From a virus (Duplodnaviria > Heunggongvirae > Uroviricota > Caudoviricetes): a stretch of DNA of 64,000 bases. This document shows positions 38,314 to 47,300 of the stretch, piece by piece. A program made the translations under genes and the position numbers. Numbering within the stretch: position 1 is the first letter of the stretch; every line of letters starts with the position of its first letter. Location of the stretch: IMG/VR virus record IMGVR_UViG_2706796243_000001; one strand, written 5' to 3'. The notes beneath the pieces were generated by a model. The model saw only the letters and a program-made list of their open reading frames with translations. It made no database searches and was not told the DNA's origin.

Positions 38314-38633
38314 TATTGTGCTCCTTCCAGTTTCTTATACAGCGACTCTTTGTTTTCTTCTAAAACTTTAGCAAATGCTTGCTCAATAACTTTCTCAAGA
38401 ATGAGATTGCGATCTGCGAATTTTTGCTGGAAGGCTACCATTTCCTCAACCTCGTCGGTGGTGAATATTCCAAGGTATGCCTCAGTGATCAGACGGGAAA
38501 CGAAATCTTCGGTGATCCCAAGGTCTGCTGCATTGATCCCTACAGCATCAAGGCCGAGCACTTGTGGGATTTTTTCAGCACGACGCAGAAGTTCGTTTTT
38601 GATGATGTCGAAAGATTCTGGTTTAAGACTCAT
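38313..38633 (-). CDS. hypothetical protein (106 aa)
   Basis: ORF. Confidence 0.45.
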   Translation of the reverse strand: MSLKPESFDIIKNELLRRAEKIPQVLGLDAVGINAADLGITEDFVSRLITEAYLGIFTTDEVEEMVAFQQKFADRNLILEKVIEQAFAKVLEENKESLYKKLEGAQ

Positions 38634-38824
38634 TTGCCTCTCCTCTTGATTCGGTAAGGTGTTTCCGGGTCCATCCCGGCTTTAAACACCAGATATCGTG
38701 TCAGGATGTCCTGACACATGTCACTTGTTGCTTTGAAGGATATGAGGAAGGTTCCGTCCTCGGTGAATACCTCCACCCAATCCCCATAGTGGACAACGAA
38801 GTCTCCTGTGGGGCATCTCTTCAT
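38630..38824 (-). CDS. hypothetical protein (64 aa)
   Basis: ORF. Confidence 0.35.
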   Translation of the reverse strand: MKRCPTGDFVVHYGDWVEVFTEDGTFLISFKATSDMCQDILTRYLVFKAGMDPETPYRIKRRGK

Positions 38825-39462
38825 TAAGCAATATCCAGCACGAAGTCTTTGATGACGTTCCAGTCATCGCTCTCAAGATCGAGAGAGACGCGAAGCTCTT
38901 CAGATTGGTCATAAGGTGTCTTGAACTTGATCTTAATCACCTCTGGCCCAAACTGGTTCAGGAACTCATTACGGTCATCAATGATGACATCAATCTTAAT
39001 ACCAGCTTTGTTTTTTGTTGCATAAAAACCGTGACCACTTCCAGGTTCAATGCTGAAAAACTCCTCTGTCTCTCGTTTCAGGAATCTTACCTTGGACGAG
39101 AAATGGCCTTTCTTGCAGTAAGACACGAAATGGTTGAAGTGTCCAGCAGCCGCCCAACCTGCAACTGCATCAACAGCCCCGGCGCGGGGACGCAGTTTGT
39201 CGTACAGGTACGGATCTTCCCAAAACTCATACGGAGGTAACTGATTAACCTTCGCAGGAGGGAAGTATTTTGACAGATTATAATAATCCATCCCCTGCGG
39301 GTTTATATCCGGCAGGTTATAATCTGCCTTTACACCGTATACCTGCTCCATCCATTGAAGCCAGGGTGTGCCTGAATCTACGAACGTTAGGTCTACATCA
39401 ATACCGATGTTAAGTGGCTTACGCATTCTCTTCTCCATAGCTGATTGATCTCGCCCACTCAA
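38824..39462 (-). CDS. HAD-superfamily 5'(3')-deoxyribonucleotidase-like protein
   Basis: N-terminal DxDxT motif (IDVDLTFV). Confidence 0.5.
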   Translation of the reverse strand: MSGRDQSAMEKRMRKPLNIGIDVDLTFVDSGTPWLQWMEQVYGVKADYNLPDINPQGMDYYNLSKYFPPAKVNQLPPYEFWEDPYLYDKLRPRAGAVDAVAGWAAAGHFNHFVSYCKKGHFSSKVRFLKRETEEFFSIEPGSGHGFYATKNKAGIKIDVIIDDRNEFLNQFGPEVIKIKFKTPYDQSEELRVSLDLESDDWNVIKDFVLDIA

Positions 39463-40024
39463 GGACAGATTCGGCGCAGTCAGTCAACTTACCCTCTTTG
39501 TTATCGAAGTCTTTTTCATGACCTCGAATACCGTCAAGGTATAACCAGTTCCTGCTGTCGTTACCCCAATCATAGCCTTTCCGGTGAATACGTGCAAGGA
39601 AAAACTCACCACCAGTTGCATAAGCGTGATCAGAAAGCTCTCGGATTTCTTCCGGGAAACCACCATCAGAAAAAACAATAACCTCATCGTTCGCATAATT
39701 CTGCTTCAGTTTTTCAACCGCTGCCTTGCCAAACGCAGACTTGCCGAAGAGTGGTTTGATCACCTTCTCAGAGCAGTGAATCATCCACTGACGAGGAGAT
39801 ACATTCACACCATCAATCATCAGGTAGGGACTGGGGACCTCCTTGTAACGACGAGTGTACATAGCATCCCACAGGTCGCGAGAGATGCCAGCAGTCCTTA
39901 CAGCCACTTCAAACAGAAGTTCCTTAACTTCCTCGTGGTGCAGGTTTGGGTGACCATCGCACAGATAGGTGGAGATGTCATCTTTACCGCTCAACGGCGG
40001 TGCATTCAGAACGATAATATCCAT
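39419..40024 (-). CDS. deoxynucleoside monophosphate kinase-like (T4 gp1-like)
   Basis: N-terminal LNAPPLSGKDDIS resembles the T4 gp1 LSGVKRSGKDTTA P-loop. Confidence 0.5.
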   Translation of the reverse strand: MDIIVLNAPPLSGKDDISTYLCDGHPNLHHEEVKELLFEVAVRTAGISRDLWDAMYTRRYKEVPSPYLMIDGVNVSPRQWMIHCSEKVIKPLFGKSAFGKAAVEKLKQNYANDEVIVFSDGGFPEEIRELSDHAYATGGEFFLARIHRKGYDWGNDSRNWLYLDGIRGHEKDFDNKEGKLTDCAESVLEWARSISYGEENA

Positions 40025-40209
40025 CAGTACCCCGCATATTCTTGCATAGCGTTAACGATGTCCAGACAGGCCCCGATCTTATTAAAGCGCTCTTCATCAG
40101 ATTCCGATTCAACCAACTCCTCCAGACGCATGTCAAGATCACGAAGCTGCTTTATCAACCAGTCATTATCAAACGAGTCAGGGACTTTGATGCTGATAAC
40201 TCTACTCAT
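40024..40209 (-). CDS. hypothetical acidic protein (61 aa)
   Basis: ORF. Confidence 0.35.
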   Translation of the reverse strand: MSRVISIKVPDSFDNDWLIKQLRDLDMRLEELVESESDEERFNKIGACLDIVNAMQEYAGY

Positions 40210-40240
40210 TCTTCTCTCCTTTGCAAAAGGGCCGAAGCCC

Positions 40241-41215
40241 TTAAATGATATTCACAAGCGTGTTAGCCATCTCTTCCTTGGTACGGATGTTGCGACGGTC
40301 ACGCATAACAGAACCACAGCATTCACAGCGATATGCCTGGAATTTTGACAGGTAGGTTGTCCCCACCTTACCTTCCATAGGCAGTACCTTATCAGAGTTA
40401 CAACGAACGCAGCGAAGGACAGTGTTGTCGTCTTCTTCGTTATAAAGCGTCACGTTCGGGTGTTTCTTCATGAAAGGTCTAACTTTCAAGTAGATACCTT
40501 CAAGTGTCGGAATATCCCCGATGTTGTAAAACTCCATTTCTTCGAATGCTGCAACCTCACCGTGGAAGCAACGAATCCACAAGGTGATCCCTTCGTGATG
40601 GCGCTTACGGGCATCAAGCTCGAAGTAATTACACGCGGCCTCCAGAGCGTTGGACGGCAGGGAGAAAGCCGACTTCAGTTCTGCAAGTGTATCGATCACG
40701 ATGTACGGTGACGGCGGTTTCATACCGTGGAAAGCAAACCGTTGGTTAGCCCATCCTTTGTCGAAACGTGCGTTGTGTGCAATGAAAATATCACACTCAT
40801 CAAGGATATGCCACAGTTCTTCAACCAGTTCACGGTCGTCGTGGATATCGGTTTTGAACGTCTCATAATCCGGCAGCTTGCGACTGATAATCGCAGGGTT
40901 ATCCAACCACTTACCCGCCCATGTGTACATATAAGGCTCATGTTCTACGTGGGAAGGTGTTACAAACGCCTTGAATCGGTTAAAGACCCAAGCGAGCGTT
41001 GGTGATACCTCTACGTCACCAAGGAAGATCTTCGCGCCCGGATTGCGAACAACTGTCTCGGTGATCACCTGAGCAGCCTCTGCATCATACTGGTGCGCCT
41101 TCAGGATCAGACGGATATGAGATTCCTTACTCTCTTTCCCCAGATAACGACGAGCAATTTCACGGTTGCTCATACCTTTCGCTTTTAATTCAAGGATTTC
41201 TTCTGCACTCAGCAT
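40241..41215 (-). CDS. DEDDh (DnaQ-like) 3'-5' exonuclease with N-terminal HTH and C-terminal Zn ribbon (dexA-like)
   Basis: Exo motif DIFIAHNARFD (H-N-A-x-FD); HTH MSNREIARRY; C-terminal CVRCNS...CECCGS. Confidence 0.6.
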   Translation of the reverse strand: MLSAEEILELKAKGMSNREIARRYLGKESKESHIRLILKAHQYDAEAAQVITETVVRNPGAKIFLGDVEVSPTLAWVFNRFKAFVTPSHVEHEPYMYTWAGKWLDNPAIISRKLPDYETFKTDIHDDRELVEELWHILDECDIFIAHNARFDKGWANQRFAFHGMKPPSPYIVIDTLAELKSAFSLPSNALEAACNYFELDARKRHHEGITLWIRCFHGEVAAFEEMEFYNIGDIPTLEGIYLKVRPFMKKHPNVTLYNEEDDNTVLRCVRCNSDKVLPMEGKVGTTYLSKFQAYRCECCGSVMRDRRNIRTKEEMANTLVNII

Positions 41216-41451
41216 TACACCTCTCGGATAAATTCAACAATATCATTCACAGCAAAGTCACGGATGGCATCTTTCTCAACATCGTATGCTTTGATCATCC
41301 ACTGCGGCTCTTTGTGATACTCTGTGGAACCGAACCACATAATCGGGTCCATCACGGTTCGATAACCGTATTCACCCCGCCAGTTCTTGTAATAGAACTT
41401 CAGGGGCTTGCTCAAATTGTCCAGCAAATCTTTCCTCCGTTTGTCTGACAA
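41215..41451 (-). CDS. hypothetical protein (78 aa)
   Basis: ORF; overlaps the 3' end of the upstream gene. Confidence 0.35.
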   Translation of the reverse strand: MSDKRRKDLLDNLSKPLKFYYKNWRGEYGYRTVMDPIMWFGSTEYHKEPQWMIKAYDVEKDAIRDFAVNDIVEFIREV

Positions 41452-41902
41452 ACTCTGTAAGGTAAAGCGTTATGCTATCATGCTTCTGAGTACCTTTGGG
41501 GATGATCAGGCCGAGGTCAGTCTCCGCCCTTTCAATGATCTTGTCATTGGTACATCTCCTCAAGAACTTCAGCATATCGTCTTTGTACGCAGCATGGATA
41601 GGGAACCCGCTAAAATCCTGTTCCAAATAGTCAGCAAGATTTCGGAGCGCTGTGGACAAAGACGTATCTGTGTACGCAGACACGTACTTCATCCATGCCT
41701 TCAGCACATATCCTTCGAAGGTGTTCACACACTGACTCAAGACTCCACGACATTTACCATCGAAGTGGTCATGGTCCAAGCAAGGTTTGCGAAGTGGCTC
41801 CCCAAGCACAGGATCAAGACCCCCCTGCTCAAGGATTAATTTCTCCCTGAATGCAGCGATTTGTCTTGCATCTTTTACCCAAAGTCCTGGCGTCAATGGC
41901 AC
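41372..41902 (-). CDS. recombination endonuclease VII-like (T4 gp49 family)
   Basis: CLDHDHFDGKCRGVL matches the EndoVII zinc-binding core CxDHDH..G..RG.LC. Confidence 0.65.
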   Translation of the reverse strand: MPLTPGLWVKDARQIAAFREKLILEQGGLDPVLGEPLRKPCLDHDHFDGKCRGVLSQCVNTFEGYVLKAWMKYVSAYTDTSLSTALRNLADYLEQDFSGFPIHAAYKDDMLKFLRRCTNDKIIERAETDLGLIIPKGTQKHDSITLYLTEFVRQTEERFAGQFEQAPEVLLQELAG

Positions 41903-41946
41903 TACGACAGGTTTCTTCCTTGCCTTGGGTTTTGATGCAGGACTCC

Positions 41947-42561
41947 TTACCCTTTTTCTACGGATACTCCCTCCATGAACTTCTTCCCGATCAAATACGC
42001 ATCCGCATAATCCGCCTTACCAGCCGCGAGCGTAAGACCGTCTAACCAGCCAGGCATGTCGCACTCAACAGCCCTGACCATATGCGATTTTTCCATCTTC
42101 ACTTGGCCCGTTGAGTATACCTTCTTACCTGTCTTTTTGTCAACCTTTTCTTTCACAAAAGTGCGCTCTTCTTCCGGTAAAAGACCTCTTGCAAAAGATT
42201 TCACAGATGTTGGTGCAACAGTGTGGATTGAACCATACCCTAAAATACCAAACTGGTACAATGCGTACACAATGCAGTAAAAAAGGCCAGCCAAATCACG
42301 AGTTGCACTACCGATAGAACCAAGACTGAGGGCTTCCATGACGTAGTGGTCAATTCTGTGCTCCTCTGCCAAGGTTGTTATCTTGTTCACAATATAACGG
42401 ATTTGCTCATAAACGTTGTCAAAATAAACAACATCCTTCTGCCTCTTCCCTTTACTGTGTGTTGAGCCTGTCCTGATCATTTCCCTGTAAACGGGAACTC
42501 CATGTTCCCATATTACGACAGCACAGTGACTTAGGCTTTGGTCAACCGACATCAACTTCAT
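41947..42561 (-). CDS. hypothetical protein, possible RuvC/RNase-H-fold nuclease
   Basis: N-terminal LMSVDQSLSHCAVVIW loosely resembles the RuvC GIDPG...GyaV start; tentative. Confidence 0.4.
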   Translation of the reverse strand: MKLMSVDQSLSHCAVVIWEHGVPVYREMIRTGSTHSKGKRQKDVVYFDNVYEQIRYIVNKITTLAEEHRIDHYVMEALSLGSIGSATRDLAGLFYCIVYALYQFGILGYGSIHTVAPTSVKSFARGLLPEEERTFVKEKVDKKTGKKVYSTGQVKMEKSHMVRAVECDMPGWLDGLTLAAGKADYADAYLIGKKFMEGVSVEKG

Positions 42562-42859
42562 CGGAGTCTCCTACAGCTTGGTCCTTGAACAACACCAGAG
42601 AACACTCAAGGTCTCCATAAGCCACGCTTGTCAGGAGAACTAATCTCTCCCCCTCCACAAGCTCACAATCCTCCAGAAGAAGCACAGTGAATGCCTTATC
42701 AGGGTCAAGGAAGTCATCCGTGAAGACAACATAGTCCCCATCATCTGTTTCCAGCATTCTCCACAGCCCTGTTCCAACCATGAATTTTGGCTTCAGAGAG
42801 GACACGGAGAGGGCCTGGGTGTCCCTCATTACAGCATCCATGATCATCTTATCAATCAT
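42542..42859 (-). CDS. hypothetical acidic protein (105 aa)
   Basis: ORF. Confidence 0.4.
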   Translation of the reverse strand: MIDKMIMDAVMRDTQALSVSSLKPKFMVGTGLWRMLETDDGDYVVFTDDFLDPDKAFTVLLLEDCELVEGERLVLLTSVAYGDLECSLVLFKDQAVGDSDEVDVG

Positions 42860-43989
42860 ATAACCCCCACGCGACGAAGTTCAGTTGTGAGCGTAGTATG
42901 GTCGTTGGCAGTTCGCTTCATGTAAACCATCTGGAAGATGATTGAAGCCCATTGCCCTGCGGTCATCTTGCGCTGTAAACCATCCCAAGAGGTGAACTCA
43001 ACCCCATTAGGGAACCAAGTCTTGTACTGGTCAACGATTGCCGTCCACATTTCCTTCTCGTTCTGAAGATGCCCGATCAGGTTGAATGCAGCAGTATCTC
43101 CAAAACGCCCAGAGATATCGAAGCATTGATAAGGCTTGATATTGTCTGAACTGTCCCCGCAAAGCATCTGGTAGCCAAAGAACTTACGTCCCCATCCCTT
43201 GACCTTGTTTCCTTCCATCCAGATCTCACCCATAGAATCGTCGATAATCATCGGGATCGGGTGTTTCCAGTTTTTCTCCTCGCTATCACGCATCGTATCA
43301 AGAAGTAAACCCGGTGTTCCTTTCTGGTCCTTGTCGAACGACGCAACCATGTAGTTGAACTTACCAGTCGCCTGGAAGTGTTCCCATCCGGTATACATCA
43401 GAACAGACAGGTAATCATCTGCCTCAACACCATCAATGACCTTGGCATTATACTTCTTCTTGACATACTCGCGGGTTTCCTTCAACAGCAAAGGACGAAG
43501 GGTGTCTTCACGGTTTCCTTTGTAACGTTCCGGTGCTGGTAACAACAGACGGAAGTTGTTGTCCCCGCCGAGCACACCAAGGCCATTGCTGCTGTCCATT
43601 CCCAAATGTTCAAAGATAGCATTAATCTTTGTCTTCAGGATATGCAGGCAGTGTTCCACTGGTTCAGGGGTTTGAATATCTTCGATTAAGAAGTCATCTC
43701 TTCCCCAAGGGGTGAACTCACGGCCTTCAGCTTTCGCCTTCACTTCCATATTGGCGTTCTGGTCCTTCAACCATCCGCCAACCACCTTCTTGGTGGAACC
43801 CCAGAACTCTGTTCTGTTTTTAAAGATCTTTGACCGACCAGAAGCGATGTGAGTTGCCTTAATTGTACGCTTCTCAGCGCCAGCGGCAGACACAAAGCAA
43901 GTCTGGTCAAGGTCTAAAGCGATCACACAGTCATTCGTGACTTTATTTTTCCAATCTTTATCATACGGATATCCCACTAGCCCTCTCAA
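42856..43989 (-). CDS. rnh: 5'-3' exonuclease / RNase H (T4 rnh / FEN family)
   Basis: GVEADDYLSVL (compare T4 YEADDHIAVL) and LCGDSSDNIKP (FEN helix-hairpin-helix GDxSDN). Confidence 0.65.
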   Translation of the reverse strand: MRGLVGYPYDKDWKNKVTNDCVIALDLDQTCFVSAAGAEKRTIKATHIASGRSKIFKNRTEFWGSTKKVVGGWLKDQNANMEVKAKAEGREFTPWGRDDFLIEDIQTPEPVEHCLHILKTKINAIFEHLGMDSSNGLGVLGGDNNFRLLLPAPERYKGNREDTLRPLLLKETREYVKKKYNAKVIDGVEADDYLSVLMYTGWEHFQATGKFNYMVASFDKDQKGTPGLLLDTMRDSEEKNWKHPIPMIIDDSMGEIWMEGNKVKGWGRKFFGYQMLCGDSSDNIKPYQCFDISGRFGDTAAFNLIGHLQNEKEMWTAIVDQYKTWFPNGVEFTSWDGLQRKMTAGQWASIIFQMVYMKRTANDHTTLTTELRRVGVI

Positions 43990-44423
43990 TCGTTACTCAA
44001 ATACTCGTCCAAATACCGGACATCCAATTCCCATTTTTCCCGTTTACTGCGTTCGTGATATAAAGCGAAAGCCTCTTTCACGTACTGTTCTGCAATTTGT
44101 CTGGAGACACCATTGACCTTCATGAAGTGACGAAGAGCGATTTCCCCCCTACCACGAATACCCGCCAAACCAATATGTTTGACTTCGTGGCAGGATGGAC
44201 AAAGTGCGATCAGACCTTTTAGCGTGATCTTGCCATTGCCAAAGTCCCAGATTTCGTGACACTCTACGGGGTGTTTGGTTCCTTTTCCCCCGCAAATCTC
44301 ACATTTATAATTGGCTTTTGCATAACATTTCTTCCTTACGACATCCCAATTGGACTTAGAGAGGTGAGAGCGTAAGTTAGTGAACCAAGCTGTTTTAGGA
44401 ACCAGTTCAATCTCTAATTTCAA
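43986..44423 (-). CDS. Zn-finger / HNH-like small nuclease-fold protein (145 aa)
   Basis: CEICGG...HPVECHEIWDF...CPSCHEVKH. Confidence 0.4.
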   Translation of the reverse strand: MKLEIELVPKTAWFTNLRSHLSKSNWDVVRKKCYAKANYKCEICGGKGTKHPVECHEIWDFGNGKITLKGLIALCPSCHEVKHIGLAGIRGRGEIALRHFMKVNGVSRQIAEQYVKEAFALYHERSKREKWELDVRYLDEYLSND

Positions 44424-44944
44424 TGCACCTCCATAGTGTCAATTACTCGGTCAATCGCTTTGTGCCAGCAATTTCCGAGAAGGTTAAGACCTTTCCAGTT
44501 GGTTGGGTCCTCTACTCCTGGGTCGTTCTCAGCCATCTTGATTCCCCAGATTGCATCGTAGGGAGATGCCTCAACAAAGACCCTGCCTTCTTTACGAAGC
44601 TTGATAGCCGCATCCTTAATGGTGGGATTAGCCATCATCTTGGCATAAAGACCATTCACAACGATATTTTCACGAAACGCTTCCCATTTGCTGTTGTCGA
44701 AGTTCTTCACCCGCCGACCAAGTTTCTTAGCCTCTTGGGGGTGATAAACATTAGCAATATCAACCGCGATATTTGTATCGCCAAACAGCATAGCCTTTTC
44801 ATACATCATGAAGTGTTCTACAGTCCAGAACTTTGCACCAACCGCTTGGTGTTTTGGCATCCAGAAAGGATTGGCACAGCGATAATGATTACTGAAGATA
44901 TCGTATTGGGTGAAAAAGAAAACAAACTTATCCGTTACTCTCAT
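44420..44944 (-). CDS. NADAR (YbiA/DUF1768) family ADP-ribose-processing hydrolase
   Basis: FVFFFTQYDIFSNHY...WTVEHFMMYEKAMLFGD matches the NADAR signature F.....SNf....f.....EH..q..K. Confidence 0.7.
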   Translation of the reverse strand: MRVTDKFVFFFTQYDIFSNHYRCANPFWMPKHQAVGAKFWTVEHFMMYEKAMLFGDTNIAVDIANVYHPQEAKKLGRRVKNFDNSKWEAFRENIVVNGLYAKMMANPTIKDAAIKLRKEGRVFVEASPYDAIWGIKMAENDPGVEDPTNWKGLNLLGNCWHKAIDRVIDTMEVH

Positions 44945-45131
44945 TTCTGCCCCTCCATGTCATGAATCCGGCAATACCCAGAACCCATAGGAATCCAAAC
45001 CTTAAAGCCCATCCGGGAATTTCCAACACCGGGACCGTCCATGTGAAAAATGCGAACAGGAGGGTGCCTGTATACCACCCCAACAACATCGTAAAGGCAT
45101 AAAACAGAAGCAGGCCAAAGAACTTTTTCAT
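44928..45131 (-). CDS. hypothetical membrane protein (67 aa)
   Basis: Two TM helices. Confidence 0.35.
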   Translation of the reverse strand: MKKFFGLLLFYAFTMLLGWYTGTLLFAFFTWTVPVLEIPGWALRFGFLWVLGIAGFMTWRGRNESNG

Positions 45132-45140
45132 AAAATCACC

Positions 45141-45335
45141 TCAGTGGAATGTCTTTTTGGAAGGACAAGAACCAGCGCCATCCTTAACAAAGGATTCTGT
45201 GCGATTACCATCACTGTAAATGCAGACTTTGGAGCTTCCATCGGTGTATTCGTCCACCAAGGTGAGGGTGTTGACTGTGGCGAATGCCGGGGAAGAGAGC
45301 AGTAATACTGCTATGAAGAATTTTACTCGGATCAT
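45141..45335 (-). CDS. small secreted protein with signal peptide (64 aa; start trimmed)
   Basis: AGGAGA RBS before MIRVKFFIAVLLLSSPAFA; a signal peptide. Confidence 0.4.
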   Translation of the reverse strand: MIRVKFFIAVLLLSSPAFATVNTLTLVDEYTDGSSKVCIYSDGNRTESFVKDGAGSCPSKKTFH

Positions 45336-45398
45336 TTTGTATCTCCTTTTTATATGTTGAGACCCGATGATAATCATCACCGGGCCTTTTGTCAACTG

Positions 45399-46289
45399 TT
45401 ACTTACCTGCTGGCAGAGTAACGAACGGGGCTTGTGCTCCACTGGTCATATATACCGGGGTAACGCCATTCCACTTGTTAATGGCTTCCAGTTGCATGAT
45501 CTCCGGGTTTTTACGCAGAGCATCACCACGCATCTGAATGGATTCTGCTTCACCTTTAGCCAGTGCCACTTTAGCATCGGCCTCGCCCTGAGCTTGCAGA
45601 CGCTTAGATTCAGCTTCGCCGCGAGCGGCTTCGATCTGTTTCTGAGCTTCAGCCTTGGTCTGCTGGATTTCGTTCTCACGCAGCAGAGCTTTCTGAGTTG
45701 CTTCGATCTTCGCGTTGATTGACGCTGTTACCTGCGGTGGGTAAATCAGGTCATCGGTATATGACAGTTTTACAATCACAATACCAATCGGATCAAGCTT
45801 GGACTTAAGCTGCTTGGTAACACGTTCAAGCAACTGACTCTTACCATCACCAGCCAGCGTACCAATGTCCATTGAGCCAGCTTCTTTGATCAAGGCATCC
45901 GAGATATTCTGTCGAATGTTTACATCAGTGATTTCCTGAACACCTTTGCGGTAGGTCTGGAAAATCTTCGTGACCTTGGAGCGATCAACAAAGTATTCAA
46001 CACCGATTTTAGCGGATACCGTCATCGAATCCTTGGTCTGGAAGTTGAACGGCTGCTCGTAGTTATTCAACTGGTTGAATGTCGGGAACTGATAAATCTC
46101 TTCGTTCCAGGTCAACCAATACTTACCAACACCAACTTCTTGCTGCTGGACACCCTTTTCGTCACCATACAGGTCAACCTTTACGCCAACGTAACCCGCA
46201 GGCACGGTGGCACGTTCGCAACCAGTCAGGCCAATTGCACCCAGAGCGATCAGGCCAGCAAACAGTACACGTTTGATATTCTTAAGCAT
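45399..46289 (-). CDS. SPFH/band-7 (prohibitin/HflC-like) lipoprotein
   Basis: Lipobox LTGC after a signal peptide; SPFH core; coiled-coil and Ala/Gln/Glu-rich C-terminus. Confidence 0.75.
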   Translation of the reverse strand: MLKNIKRVLFAGLIALGAIGLTGCERATVPAGYVGVKVDLYGDEKGVQQQEVGVGKYWLTWNEEIYQFPTFNQLNNYEQPFNFQTKDSMTVSAKIGVEYFVDRSKVTKIFQTYRKGVQEITDVNIRQNISDALIKEAGSMDIGTLAGDGKSQLLERVTKQLKSKLDPIGIVIVKLSYTDDLIYPPQVTASINAKIEATQKALLRENEIQQTKAEAQKQIEAARGEAESKRLQAQGEADAKVALAKGEAESIQMRGDALRKNPEIMQLEAINKWNGVTPVYMTSGAQAPFVTLPAGK

Positions 46290-46515
46290 TAGTTTGGTTC
46301 TCCTCTTTGATTTTGTATTCAGTTTTTACGTTTTCGTCAACGTACTCATCAACAATCTTTGCTACGTAAGAAGCAGCAGACTTATTCTTGGAACGGGCCA
46401 GAGCCTGCAACTTTTCCCACGTAGACGCTTTAAGATTTAGCAGCATTAACCCCTCCACGTTTAATAAACACCTTTCGGAGCCAGTACCATACAACAACTG
46501 GGGCGGAGAATACAA
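46282..46515 (-). CDS. hypothetical protein (77 aa)
   Basis: ORF. Confidence 0.35.
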   Translation of the reverse strand: MYSPPQLLYGTGSERCLLNVEGLMLLNLKASTWEKLQALARSKNKSAASYVAKIVDEYVDENVKTEYKIKEENQTNA

Positions 46516-46633
46516 GGGCGAAACCGCCCATGACTAAAAGTGTATCCTTTGCTGAAACCAGAGTCGGTACTGCGAACCCGAAGATGAAGCACAAGAAAAC
46601 AAAAAGTCCAACACCATTCAGGTAATATTTCAT
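46430..46633 (-). CDS. hypothetical membrane protein (67 aa)
   Basis: Two TM helices; lies immediately after the SPFH gene, as HflC/NfeD-like pairs commonly do. Confidence 0.35.
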   Translation of the reverse strand: MKYYLNGVGLFVFLCFIFGFAVPTLVSAKDTLLVMGGFALVFSAPVVVWYWLRKVFIKRGGVNAAKS

Positions 46634-46947
46634 TAGTTGCTCCCGCGACCAAACAGAATATCGGCTTCTGTCATCTGCTCAACCTGCTCTTCCAGGTCTT
46701 TACGCTTTTTACCTGCTTGATACTGGCGATCAAATTCTGCGTTAATCAAGGTCTTGATGAACTTAGGATCGTAGTTGTGGCTGTCTTTTTCGACGGCAAC
46801 AATGTCTTTGAACTGGCTTGCCGCATCTTTCTGAGCGATTTTGGCATCAACACCTTCCTGAACAACCTTCTTCAGGCGTTCACGCTCAACAGCGTCAGAA
46901 GGCAGGGTGTTTTTCAGTTCTACTTTGATTTTAGGCATACGTGGCAT
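46633..46947 (-). CDS. hypothetical protein (104 aa)
   Basis: ORF; charged. Confidence 0.45.
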   Translation of the reverse strand: MPRMPKIKVELKNTLPSDAVERERLKKVVQEGVDAKIAQKDAASQFKDIVAVEKDSHNYDPKFIKTLINAEFDRQYQAGKKRKDLEEQVEQMTEADILFGRGSN

Positions 46948-47015
46948 AGTTTTGTTTCTCCTCTGTTTGTTTAGTCAGTTAAGTATAACTATTTAAATAT
47001 TTTTGTCAAACACTT

Positions 47016-47246
47016 TTACGAATCAATTCCTACAATCTTTCCACCTATTGCTTCGATCTGGGCGATGTAGGTAGGAAGATTTTCCAGACTACATTCATAC
47101 GCGAATTTTTTGGTATTCCCCCAACGTCGCTTCATAGTGAAGCGAAGCATATATCGTGCTGTGGGGCCGCGATTAATCATCGTAATACCAAGACGCTTCA
47201 ACATGTCCCGAACTTCTTTGATCGTGTTTTCGTACTTATCTTCCAC
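47016..47246 (-). CDS. hypothetical protein (76 aa)
   Basis: ORF. Confidence 0.4.
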   Translation of the reverse strand: MEDKYENTIKEVRDMLKRLGITMINRGPTARYMLRFTMKRRWGNTKKFAYECSLENLPTYIAQIEAIGGKIVGIDS

Positions 47247-47300
47247 CAGTTTCTCCTCTCTGTCTTGATGGGGTCCATTATATAGACCCCCTCTTTATTG

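Noticed and set aside
39584-40348. 254-aa plus-strand ORF
   Set aside because: It is antisense to the dNMP-kinase-like and exonuclease genes and has no RBS; a shadow ORF.
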